Of a DNA stretch of 61,396 nucleotides, positions 1 through 8,439 are shown piece after piece. Within the stretch, counting starts at the first letter, position 1, and every line of letters starts with the position of its first letter. The position numbers and the translations under genes were made by a program. The stretch comes from an uncultured Bacilli bacterium (GTDB lineage: Bacteria; Bacillota_I; Bacilli_A; RF39; UBA660), in contig CALVQE010000003.1 in assembly GCA_944355355.1 (NCBI GenBank), forward strand, positions 1-61,396, given 5' to 3'. The notes below the pieces were generated by a model. It worked only from the letters and a program-made list of their open reading frames with translations, did no database searches and had not been told where the DNA came from.

Positions 1-260
1 AAATACTATTAAATACTGTTAAATACTATTAAATACTGTTAAATACTATTAAATACTGTTAAATACTATTAAATACTGTTAAATACTATTAAATACTATT
101 AAATACTATTAAATACTATTAAATACTATTAAATACTGTTAAATACTATTAAATACTATTAAATACTGTTAAATACTGTTAAATACTATTAAATACTATT
201 AAATACTGTTAAATACTGTTAAATACTATTAAATACTATTAAATACTGTTAAATACTTAT
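1..260. repeat. 10-bp tandem repeat AAATACT(A/G)TT, 25 full units plus one degenerate unit; truncated by the window edge
   Basis: Read directly. Units align with the 10-nt print columns and only position 8 varies (A or G). Stop codons occur in all six frames. Confidence 0.97.
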
Positions 261-300
261 GGTCTTTGTAAAAACTTTTCTCAAATTACATAGGGTTAAG

Positions 301-309
301 TGGTATAAT
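301..309 (+). promoter_or_regulatory. Extended -10 (TGgTATAAT) of the putative whiA promoter
   Basis: tggtataat lies 20 nt upstream of the whiA ATG. No convincing -35 was found. Confidence 0.4.
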
Positions 310-328
310 CTTGGATAGGTGATGAGAA

Positions 329-1234
329 ATGACTTTTGCAACTAAACTTAAAGAAGAGATTTGTGCTAATGATATTAATCGGGTGGAACAGTTCAGTGAG
401 CTTAGTGCGATTATTCGTTATGATGCACATGTTGTAGATGGTAAAATAGTAATGACTTTTGAGAATGGTAGTGTGGCTAGGCGTGTATTTAAGGATATTA
501 AGAGTATTTTTAATGTTTCTCCTCATATTGTTGTGCGTAATCAAAAGAGGTTACGTGCTAAACAGATTTACATTTTGGAAGTTAGTTCTGTGGGAATTAT
601 GAAACGACTTAATGTGGATAAACCAATGAAAAGGGAGTATTTGGATACGCCTGAGGAAATGATTGCGTTTGTTAAGGGATGTTTTTTGGTGTGTGGTTCG
701 ATTAATGATCCGGCTACTGGGGGGTATCATTTGGAGTATGTTTTTAATTTAGAAGATGACGCTTGTTTTGTTAATGATTTACTACATGAAATGAAGTTTG
801 ATAGTAAAATGATCGAGCGTAGTAATAAGTATATGGTTTATTTAAAGAGTGCTGAAGAGATTAGTGATATGATACGAATGTTTCAGGCAACGTCAAGTTT
901 GTTTTATTTTGAGGATATAAGGATATATAGAGATCATAAGAATATGGTAAATCGGCTTAATAATTGTGAGATTGCTAATCAAGAGAAGACTACTTTTACA
1001 GGGATGAAACAGATTGAAGATATTCATTATATTAAGGAACATGATTTAATGGGGCTTTTGGATGAAAAGACTAAAATGGTTTTGGAATATCGTTTAAAGT
1101 ATCCTGAGAGTTCTTATCAAGAACTTAGTTCTATTATTAGTATGGAGACGGATTACCGGATTGGTAAGAGTGGAATTAATCATCATTTTATTAAGATGAG
1201 AAAATTAGTTGAAGAACATAAAAAAAGATTGTAG
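329..1234 (+). CDS. whiA: Sporulation/cell-division transcription regulator WhiA
   Basis: 301-aa ORF. Length and sequence (N-terminal MTFATKLKEE.., LAGLIDADG-like core, C-terminal HTH GKSGINHHFIKMRKL) fit the WhiA family. Confidence 0.9.
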   Translation: MTFATKLKEEICANDINRVEQFSELSAIIRYDAHVVDGKIVMTFENGSVARRVFKDIKSIFNVSPHIVVRNQKRLRAKQIYILEVSSVGIMKRLNVDKPMKREYLDTPEEMIAFVKGCFLVCGSINDPATGGYHLEYVFNLEDDACFVNDLLHEMKFDSKMIERSNKYMVYLKSAEEISDMIRMFQATSSLFYFEDIRIYRDHKNMVNRLNNCEIANQEKTTFTGMKQIEDIHYIKEHDLMGLLDEKTKMVLEYRLKYPESSYQELSSIISMETDYRIGKSGINHHFIKMRKLVEEHKKRL

Positions 1235-1315
1235 TGTAAAAAAAATACATTTTATCAATTTGGTGTGGTAATTTATTTGCATTTCGAATATAATATTATT
1301 AAGAGAGGCGATATT

Positions 1316-2470
1316 ATGCTAAAAAAAATAGAAGTAGATAACTATGCTACCTTCATAAAACCAACTGAAATAGATTTTTCTGCTACAAACTATAAATTTT
1401 TGGAGAGCGAAAATGTTGGAAGCAATAGATTGCTTAAGGGGTGCTTGTTTGTTGGAGAGAATGCTTCTGGAAAAACTAAGATTTTAAAAAGTATTACTTT
1501 TTTGCTTGATTTATTGTTTGCAAATACCGATGTTGATTTTATGATGAATAAAAGTTTTTATACTGATAAAGACACATATAAATTAGAATATACATTTATT
1601 CAGAGAGATGTTGAAATAATATATTCTATTGAATTGGGACTTAATGAAATTGTTTCGGAAAAGCTTATTATGGACAAGAAAATAATATTAGAAAGACTAG
1701 GTAATATGGCAAAGCTTTTGCTAAATGGTGAGAAAACATTTAAGGATATTTCTAGTAAATTACTTTTTTTGCGTAGAATTTATTTTGATACTAATTTTTA
1801 TGAAAATGCTGTATTAAATGATTGGTTTGATTATTTGAAAAGGTCTGTTTATATTAATTGTTACGATAGGCAAGTTGTATCTTACTCAGGAAAAAATTTG
1901 TTGATTTATGAATATTTAAATAATAATGGAGTGAACGATATTAATAAGTTTTTAGAGAAAATTAATTATAATCAAGAAATTGAATATGGAACAGAAACCA
2001 GCGATCCAAATCATAGGTTTTCGGTTAAATCAAATGATAATATTAAATTTATTTCTTTTAACAAATTAGGAACGGGTATTTATGTGCCAGAAATGTTTGA
2101 ATCTACAGGCAATCAAACACTTATGGCATTATTACCGTCATTTCTTCATGCTATTAATAATGAGTGTATGATTATTATAGATGAGTTTAGTAGTGGCTTT
2201 CATAATGAGTTAGAAGAATGTATTCTTAAATATTTTTTTCATTATGCTAAGGATTCTCAGCTCTTTTTTACTTCTCATTCTACAAATATTTTAAATAATA
2301 GTTTGCTAAGACCTGATCAAATTTACTCTGTGTATTTCGATGCAAAAAAGGGGTCGCAAATTAAAAGATTTTCTGATGAGATGCCACGTGAATCTCAAAA
2401 TACTGAAAAGATGTATTTAAATGGAGTTTTCAATGGATTGCCTCGATACAATAAAATCTTTAAAGATTAA
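1316..2470 (+). CDS. ABC/AAA_15-AAA_21-type ATPase (AriA/AbiLi-like defence ATPase)
   Basis: Walker A GENASGKT at nt 1454-1477. Walker B/D-loop region IIIDEFSSGFHNEL, then FTSHSTNIL. Start moved to ATG 1316 (MLKKIEVDNYATF), preceded by agagagg. A TATAAT lies at 1289-1294. Confidence 0.8.
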   Translation: MLKKIEVDNYATFIKPTEIDFSATNYKFLESENVGSNRLLKGCLFVGENASGKTKILKSITFLLDLLFANTDVDFMMNKSFYTDKDTYKLEYTFIQRDVEIIYSIELGLNEIVSEKLIMDKKIILERLGNMAKLLLNGEKTFKDISSKLLFLRRIYFDTNFYENAVLNDWFDYLKRSVYINCYDRQVVSYSGKNLLIYEYLNNNGVNDINKFLEKINYNQEIEYGTETSDPNHRFSVKSNDNIKFISFNKLGTGIYVPEMFESTGNQTLMALLPSFLHAINNECMIIIDEFSSGFHNELEECILKYFFHYAKDSQLFFTSHSTNILNNSLLRPDQIYSVYFDAKKGSQIKRFSDEMPRESQNTEKMYLNGVFNGLPRYNKIFKD

Positions 2471-3233
2471 TTTAAAAAGAAATATTGGAACTATATTAAT
2501 TATAGTTGAAGGAGCTTCTGATGAGTTTGAATTGTTAAAACAAATTTTTAGAAATGTACTTCATTATAATTATATTGAAAAAAGTAGAAATCAGTGTAAT
2601 TTTAGGAATTATGATGAATTTGTAATGAGTGGCAATGAGAATTCAAGGGTAATTGTAATAAATGCAAAGAATTCTAATTTGTCTTCAATAAAAAAGGATA
2701 AAGATTATCTTAATGAATTATATATAAAACTATATGTGGAATATGGAATTGATATTAAGAATATTAATGTGTATTTTATTTGGGATAGAGATGTTAATTC
2801 TAATCCAAAAGAGATTGTAAAAGAGCTAATAGAAATATTGGGTAGTTCTAATGATAATAAACATGGTGATATGAACGGGTTGTTATTGTTAAGTTATCCT
2901 TGTTTAGAGTCTTATATAATATCTTGTTATGATGATAGAAAGATGTTTTTAAAAGATCATGATTTAAAAAAGTATATTAAGGATCATGCTTATGATATAT
3001 CCAGAATCAATAGATATATGTTGTTAAGAGCTGTGGTAATGATGCATAAAGTATTTTTAGAGTTGGGTGTAAATAAGTATAATCTTGATGATTTTTCGAA
3101 AACTTCGCTAAAGTTATTTGGAAAGCAAGAAGAAATGTTGAAAAATAGGAAGTATTGTTATTTGTTATCTCTTATATCATTGATCTTTTTAGACTTAAAT
3201 ATAATATCGTTGCGAGAATCTGATGAGTATTAA
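2421..3233 (+). CDS. TOPRIM-like partner protein (DUF4435/RloB/OLD-type)
   Basis: ILIIVEGASDE (Glu30, nt 2508-2510) and FIWDRD (Asp122/Asp124, nt 2784-2792) match the TOPRIM E...DxD signature. It overlaps the ATPase stop by 38-50 nt (ATG 2421 or 2433). Confidence 0.65.
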   Translation: MEFSMDCLDTIKSLKINLKRNIGTILIIVEGASDEFELLKQIFRNVLHYNYIEKSRNQCNFRNYDEFVMSGNENSRVIVINAKNSNLSSIKKDKDYLNELYIKLYVEYGIDIKNINVYFIWDRDVNSNPKEIVKELIEILGSSNDNKHGDMNGLLLLSYPCLESYIISCYDDRKMFLKDHDLKKYIKDHAYDISRINRYMLLRAVVMMHKVFLELGVNKYNLDDFSKTSLKLFGKQEEMLKNRKYCYLLSLISLIFLDLNIISLRESDEY

Positions 3234-3234
3234 T

Positions 3235-3271
3235 ATATGGATATTGTTTTGATAAGATCCATATTTTTTTT
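3235..3271 (+). terminator. Intrinsic terminator after the ATPase/TOPRIM pair
   Basis: 8-bp stem ATATGGAT/ATCCATAT followed by T7. Confidence 0.6.
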
Positions 3272-3353
3272 AAAATAAAAATATATAAAAAGGTAGTTTA
3301 CTTTTAGTGCTTTTGTAATTATAATAGATAACCATACATGGGAGGTTATGGTT

Positions 3354-4493
3354 ATGAGAAAAATATTGTTGGTGTTGTTATGTTGTTTTTTCTGTATGCC
3401 AGTTTGGTCTAATGCTCAAACAAATATGGCGTATATTTTTGGGGCTAGTGATGCTGGTCTTACAAATACTACTTTGAATGGTAATAGTGTTTCGATTAAG
3501 AATGAAGGAACTAATACAAAGATTTATTTAGGATTACAGGTTGTTGAGGGTAGTTTTACGACTTATGAGGCTACTTTAAAGTTATCTGATTCTAATTATA
3601 GTTATCGTAGTCATGAACTTGCTCTTGGTTGGAATGGGACGATTAGAGAGGATGAAACGGAAAAAGGAAAGTATTATATTTCTTTGGAAAGAGATGAGGC
3701 TTTAACTGTTGGTAAGTATTTAGTTGTGACGATTTATTTAAATGTTTCGCCTAATACTTCTTCGGATCATTGTTCGATTGAGCTTTCGACGACTAAGGTA
3801 GAGAAACCTGTTTGTGAGATTATCGATGGAAAGTATTATGATAATAATGGAAATGAAGTTAGTTATCCAGAGTATTTAAAGGCTTGTACAACTGAAAAGT
3901 ATTATTGTGAAGAGAAGAATGGGTATTTCTTTGATAAAGATGGTAATGCTGTGAGTGAGGCTGAATATCGTAAGAGTTGTTTTAACTGTATGATTGATGG
4001 GGATAAGTATTATGATAAAGATGGACAACTTGTTGATAAGGAAACTTATGAGGAAAGTTGTTTGGGTGGATCTTTGGTTTGTATGGAAAAGGATGGAAAG
4101 TATTATGATATGGATTCTAATGAGGTAACGAAAGAGGAATATGAGGAAATTTGTTATTCTAAAGCCGAGTCTTATCAATGTTTGACGGAAGAAAAAATTG
4201 AGTATTATGTTACTAGAACGCATATATTAACTGGTGATGAGATTAATTCGACGGAGATTGTTGGTTTAGATAATCCTTTGTTTCAAGAGATTTTAAGTAA
4301 GAATCCAACTGTTTTAGATGCTTGTAAGGTACCAGTAAATCCTGGGGATAATGGTGATGATCCTTCGGATGGAGAGGTAGAGAACCCTCAAACGGGAATG
4401 GATACAAGTTATTATATATTGATTCCTATAGGAATTGGTATTGTTGTGTTCTTACTCATGAAATCAAGAAAGAGTTATTTGTATAAGTTATAA
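3354..4493 (+). CDS. Secreted, probably sortase-anchored, Cys-repeat surface protein
   Basis: Signal peptide (ILLVLLCCFFCMPVWSNA). Four to five Cys-bounded repeats of about 30 aa, DGKYYDxxGxxVxxxEYxxxC. C-terminal ENPQTG + TM + KSRK sorting signal (NPQTG at nt 4383-4397). GGAGG at 3341-3345 favours ATG 3354 over 3348. Confidence 0.75.
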   Translation: MRKILLVLLCCFFCMPVWSNAQTNMAYIFGASDAGLTNTTLNGNSVSIKNEGTNTKIYLGLQVVEGSFTTYEATLKLSDSNYSYRSHELALGWNGTIREDETEKGKYYISLERDEALTVGKYLVVTIYLNVSPNTSSDHCSIELSTTKVEKPVCEIIDGKYYDNNGNEVSYPEYLKACTTEKYYCEEKNGYFFDKDGNAVSEAEYRKSCFNCMIDGDKYYDKDGQLVDKETYEESCLGGSLVCMEKDGKYYDMDSNEVTKEEYEEICYSKAESYQCLTEEKIEYYVTRTHILTGDEINSTEIVGLDNPLFQEILSKNPTVLDACKVPVNPGDNGDDPSDGEVENPQTGMDTSYYILIPIGIGIVVFLLMKSRKSYLYKL

Positions 4494-4503
4494 TAAAAAT
4501 GGA

Positions 4504-5082
4504 CTATAGAATTTGATCTATTAGTCCATATTTTTTGGCTTCTTCACTGGATAGATAGTTATCACGGTCTGTGTCTTTTTCGATTTGTTTTAGGGATTTT
4601 CCTGTGTTTTTAGCGAGGATATGATTAAGCTTGTCTTTTATTTTTAAGATTCGTTCACAGGCTATTTTCATGTCTGAGGCTTGTCCTTCCATACCTCCTA
4701 GGGGTTGATGGATCATGACGTCAGCATTTTTTAGGGCACATCTTTTTCCTTTGGTGCCACTGGAAAGAATAAAGGCAGCCATGGATGCGGCGATGCCAGT
4801 GCAAATGGTTTTGACATCACTTTCAATATAGTTCATGGTGTCATATATGGCGAGGCCACTTGTGACAACCCCTCCAGGGCTGTTTATATACAGATAGATA
4901 TCTTCATGACTTTTAGCATCTAGATAAAGTAGTTCGCTGATAATGATGTTTGCTGTTGTATCATTGATTTCTCCTGTTAAAAAGATAATACGATCTTCGA
5001 GCATTCTAGAGTATAAGTCATAGGCCACTTCACGATTATTTGTTTTTTCTAATACAGTTGGAATTATATTCATTTTGTTCAC
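4504..5082 (-). CDS. clpP: ATP-dependent Clp protease proteolytic subunit
   Basis: 192 aa. Typical ClpP sequence ([34 protein letters not shown]). Confidence 0.95.
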   Translation of the reverse strand: MNKMNIIPTVLEKTNNREVAYDLYSRMLEDRIIFLTGEINDTTANIIISELLYLDAKSHEDIYLYINSPGGVVTSGLAIYDTMNYIESDVKTICTGIAASMAAFILSSGTKGKRCALKNADVMIHQPLGGMEGQASDMKIACERILKIKDKLNHILAKNTGKSLKQIEKDTDRDNYLSSEEAKKYGLIDQIL

Positions 5083-5175
5083 CTAATATTATCTTAGTAA
5101 TTTTTGGGAAAAACTATTCAAAAAAAATGTTATTTATGATAAAATGTTAAAGAATAAAGGAAGGCTTATGATACT

Positions 5176-6804
5176 ATGCAAAAGGTAAATATTACTTATA
5201 AAGATCAAGTTGGGACTTTTGATAAGGATACAACTTATTATGATGTGAGCCAGTTTTTTGGTTGTAGTGAAGCTATCGCGGTTCAAGATGGCAATGAGGT
5301 TATTTCTTTGGATACGAAAATAAAAAAGGACACTTCTGTTGATTTTTTAGACGTAACAAGTTTGGCTGGATATAAGATTTATCAGAGTGGTTTAAAGTTT
5401 TTGTTTTATTTGTCGGTTAAAGAGTTGTATCCTGATTGTGAGGTTTCTTTTTTACATAGTGTTCCAAAGGGGATTTTGAGTGAGGTTTTGATGCCTCATA
5501 ATTTGACTAGTGAGGATGTTTCTAAGATTAAAGGTCAAATGGCTAAAAATGTTGCTCAAAAATTACGTTTTGTTAAGTATAATTTGGATATTCGGGATGC
5601 TTATCAATATTTGAAAGAGAAAGAAGAAAATGAAAAGGCCATTAATTTGCAATCTATTAATCAGGATGTTGTGACTATGTATCGACTTCGTGATACGCTT
5701 AATTATTTTTATACTTTGATGCCTTATGATACAAGTGTTATTCATCGTTATGAGTTAGTATTTTTAGGAAGAAATCGAATTGTTCTTGTTTGTCCTAATG
5801 TTGTTAGTGGGGAAAGTGTTCCGGAGTATGTTCATTATGAGAATATTGTTAGTAATTTTATGGAAACAAAGAAATGGCTTCGAAAGATGAATGCTCCTTA
5901 TTTGGCTGATATGAATCAACTTGTTAGTGGGTCTAAGATTTATGATTTTATTCAGTGTAATGAGATTTTATTTGAAGAAGATATTATTAAGGTTTGTAAT
6001 CAGATTGTTTCTTCTAGGGATGTACGGATTGTGTTGATTGCGGGACCTTCTTCTAGTGGAAAAACGACGACAATGAAACGGCTTAGTGCTTTTCTTAGAA
6101 GTCGGGGATTAGATCCTGTTGGTTTATCTACTGATGATTTTTTTGTTGATCGGGAAGATACTCCTAAGAACGATAAAGGTGAATTTGATTTTGAGTGTTT
6201 ACAGGCTATTGATTTAGAGTTGTTTAATGATTCTTTGCATAAGCTTTTAGAAGGGGAAGAAATAGAGGTTCCTGAATATGATTTTGTAGGCGGTAAAAAG
6301 GTTTTTAAGGGTAAAAAGATGCAGTTAAAAGAAAATAGTATTTTACTTGTTGAGGGGCTTCATTGTTTAAATGATGATTTAATGCCTTATATTGAATCTA
6401 AGTATAAGTATAAGATTTATTTGAGTCCATTTATACCTTTAAATGTTGATCGTCATAATTATATATCAACGCTTGATTTGAGGCTTATAAGAAGGATTGT
6501 AAGGGATAATCGGACGAGAGGAAAGACTGTTTCAGATACGATTCGGGAATGGCAAGTTGTAAGATCTGGGGAAGAGAAATACATATTTCCTTATGTTTAT
6601 CAGGCTGATGTGATCATTAATACGGCTTTGGCTTATGAGATTGGGGTTTTAAAGGTTTATGCTAATCCTCTTTTGTATTCGGTGGGAATTGATAGTCCGT
6701 ATTATAATGAGTCAAGAAGGTTGATTAATTATTTGCAAATGTTTTTTACTATTCCAAGTGAATTTGTACCTAATGATTCGATTTTACGCGAATTTATTGG
6801 GTAG
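5176..6804 (+). CDS. TGS-domain / uridine-kinase (PRK) family nucleoside kinase-like protein
   Basis: P-loop GPSSSGKTTT, ILLVEGLH, and a ThrRS-like TGS N-terminus. Confidence 0.7.
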   Translation: MQKVNITYKDQVGTFDKDTTYYDVSQFFGCSEAIAVQDGNEVISLDTKIKKDTSVDFLDVTSLAGYKIYQSGLKFLFYLSVKELYPDCEVSFLHSVPKGILSEVLMPHNLTSEDVSKIKGQMAKNVAQKLRFVKYNLDIRDAYQYLKEKEENEKAINLQSINQDVVTMYRLRDTLNYFYTLMPYDTSVIHRYELVFLGRNRIVLVCPNVVSGESVPEYVHYENIVSNFMETKKWLRKMNAPYLADMNQLVSGSKIYDFIQCNEILFEEDIIKVCNQIVSSRDVRIVLIAGPSSSGKTTTMKRLSAFLRSRGLDPVGLSTDDFFVDREDTPKNDKGEFDFECLQAIDLELFNDSLHKLLEGEEIEVPEYDFVGGKKVFKGKKMQLKENSILLVEGLHCLNDDLMPYIESKYKYKIYLSPFIPLNVDRHNYISTLDLRLIRRIVRDNRTRGKTVSDTIREWQVVRSGEEKYIFPYVYQADVIINTALAYEIGVLKVYANPLLYSVGIDSPYYNESRRLINYLQMFFTIPSEFVPNDSILREFIG

Positions 6805-7152
6805 TCATGGTATAACCAGATTGGTGATGATGTATGAAGATTTTTAAATTTGTTGTGGATGATTTGGCTTCAACTTTAGATTTTTTGGAATTGTATTGTA
6901 TTCGTAAAGGAATTTCTTATGTAAAGCTTGCTGATGAATTTCATTTTTTGGATTACATTTTTAAAAAGAGAGGAATTTTTAGCTGATTTGTTTTTGCAAG
7001 AGCAGGTTAATTCGGCAAGTATTTTTTTTGAAATTTTGAATTGTGATGAGACTAGTGATTTGGTAAATGAAAGTTTAAGTTCAACTAAAAATTGAGGAAA
7101 AATTATAAAGTAAATACTTTAGGGTGTCCTAAAAGAATAAGGAGGAGATAAG

Positions 7153-8178
7153 ATGATAAGGGTAGCTATTAATGGATTTGGAAGAATTGGAAGGCTTGCT
7201 TTTCGTGAGATGATTACAGGTGTAGATTTTGATGTTGTGGCAATTAATGATTTGACTGGAGCAGAAGATCTTAGTTATTTACTTCGTTATGATACGACGC
7301 ATCGTAGTTTTCATAAAGATGAGATTCGTAGTGAAGGCAATTATTTGGTGATTAATAATGTAAAGAAGATTCCGGTGTTTTCTGAAAAAGATCCAAGACA
7401 ATTACCTTGGAAGGTTTTGGGAGTTGATTTAGTTTTAGAGTGTACGGGACTTTTTACAAAGTATGAAGATGCTTATCAACATATTGAGGCTGGTGCTGGG
7501 AAGGTATTGATTTCGGCACCAGGTAAGGGAGATATGAAAACTATTGTTTATGGAGTAAATGATGATATTCTAGATGGTAATGAACAGATTGTTTCGGCAG
7601 CAAGTTGTACGACAAATTGTTTGGCTCCAGTGTTGCATGTTTTGGATAAAAAGTTTGGGGTTGTACGAGGATTTATGAGTACTATTCATGCTTATACTAA
7701 TGATCAAGCTACTTTGGATATTGCCCATAAAAAAGGGTATCGGTCAAGAAGAGGTAGAGCTTGTGCAGCCAATATTATTCCTTCTAGTACAGGGGCTGCA
7801 ACAGCCATTGGTAAGGTTATTCCTCATTTAGAAGGAAAGTTAAGTGGTGGTGCTTATCGGGTTCCAGTGACAGATGGCTCGATGATTGATTTAACGGTTG
7901 AGCTTGGAAGCACTACTAGTGTAGAAGAGATTAATCAAGCTTTTGAAGAAAGTAAGTCTGATTGTTTAGAGACTACGACGGATCCTGTTGTTTCTAGTGA
8001 TGTTATTGGTGAAAAAGTAGGAGCATTAGTTGATTTATCTTTGACGACTGTATTAGAAACGGATGAGAAACAATTGGTTAAAGTTGTGGCATGGTATGAT
8101 AATGAAATGGGTTATACAGCTCAGATGATGCGGACAGCAAAGAGATTGTTTGAACAAAATATAGAGGAAACTGTTTAA
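7153..8178 (+). CDS. gap: Type I glyceraldehyde-3-phosphate dehydrogenase
   Basis: INGFGRIGRLAFR, SCTTNCLAP catalytic Cys motif, WYDNEMGY C-terminus. Strong RBS aaggagg. Confidence 0.95.
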   Translation: MIRVAINGFGRIGRLAFREMITGVDFDVVAINDLTGAEDLSYLLRYDTTHRSFHKDEIRSEGNYLVINNVKKIPVFSEKDPRQLPWKVLGVDLVLECTGLFTKYEDAYQHIEAGAGKVLISAPGKGDMKTIVYGVNDDILDGNEQIVSAASCTTNCLAPVLHVLDKKFGVVRGFMSTIHAYTNDQATLDIAHKKGYRSRRGRACAANIIPSSTGAATAIGKVIPHLEGKLSGGAYRVPVTDGSMIDLTVELGSTTSVEEINQAFEESKSDCLETTTDPVVSSDVIGEKVGALVDLSLTTVLETDEKQLVKVVAWYDNEMGYTAQMMRTAKRLFEQNIEETV

Positions 8179-8286
8179 TTGGTTTCCTTTTACTTAATAA
8201 GAGACTACTGTGATGTTTCGCAAAATTCAGTCTTGACAAACATACGTTTGTGCTATATGATTTGATTCATCAAGGGGAGTTGCACT

Positions 8287-8388
8287 ATGAAAATCACTAG
8301 AGCTTATCAATTTAGGGTGTATCCAACATATGAGCAAGAGATATTGATTCATAAAACTTTTGGATGTACAAGATTTCTTTATTTATAA
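8287..8388 (+). pseudogene. N-terminal stub (33 codons) of an IS200/IS605-family TnpB (OrfB)
   Basis: MKITRAYQFRVYPTYEQEILIHKTFGCTRFLY matches the conserved TnpB N-terminus. The ORF ends at TAA 8386-8388. Confidence 0.7.
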
Positions 8389-8439
8389 AAATGTATTGTG
8401 ATTTTTGTGTGATATAATTGTGTATGAGGAGGAAACAGT

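Noticed and set aside
1-260. CRISPR array or coding repeat interpretation of the 10-bp tandem array
   Set aside because: Units are contiguous with no spacers and far too short for CRISPR repeats. Every reading frame on both strands hits TAA/TAG within 30 bp, so the array cannot encode a repeat protein.
296-544. 82-aa minus-strand ORF overlapping the whiA start
   Set aside because: It is antisense to a confidently assigned gene, has low-complexity AT-rich codon content, and has no RBS. The same reasoning applies to other antisense track ORFs (3876-4223, 5563-5745, 8507-8917, 9817-10002, 12366-12602, 13370-13594, 13620-13811, 19795-19983, 22711-22977, 24283-24492, 24785-24973, 25036-25245, 26505-26804, 30087-30284, 31971-32315, 32364-32609, 32658-32939, 33831-34082, 34578-34769, 37862-38095, 39274-39489, 40634-40939, 46105-46293, 48035-48250, 55830-56036, 56375-56632, 58413-58622).
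6834-7094. Possible small gene between the kinase-like gene and gap (50-codon ORF MKIFKFVVDDLASTLDFLELY..., continuing in another frame as ADLFLQEQVNSASIFFEIL...)
   Set aside because: It has no recognisable family and needs a frameshift to give a product of about 88 aa. It cannot be supported from sequence alone and may be a decayed remnant.
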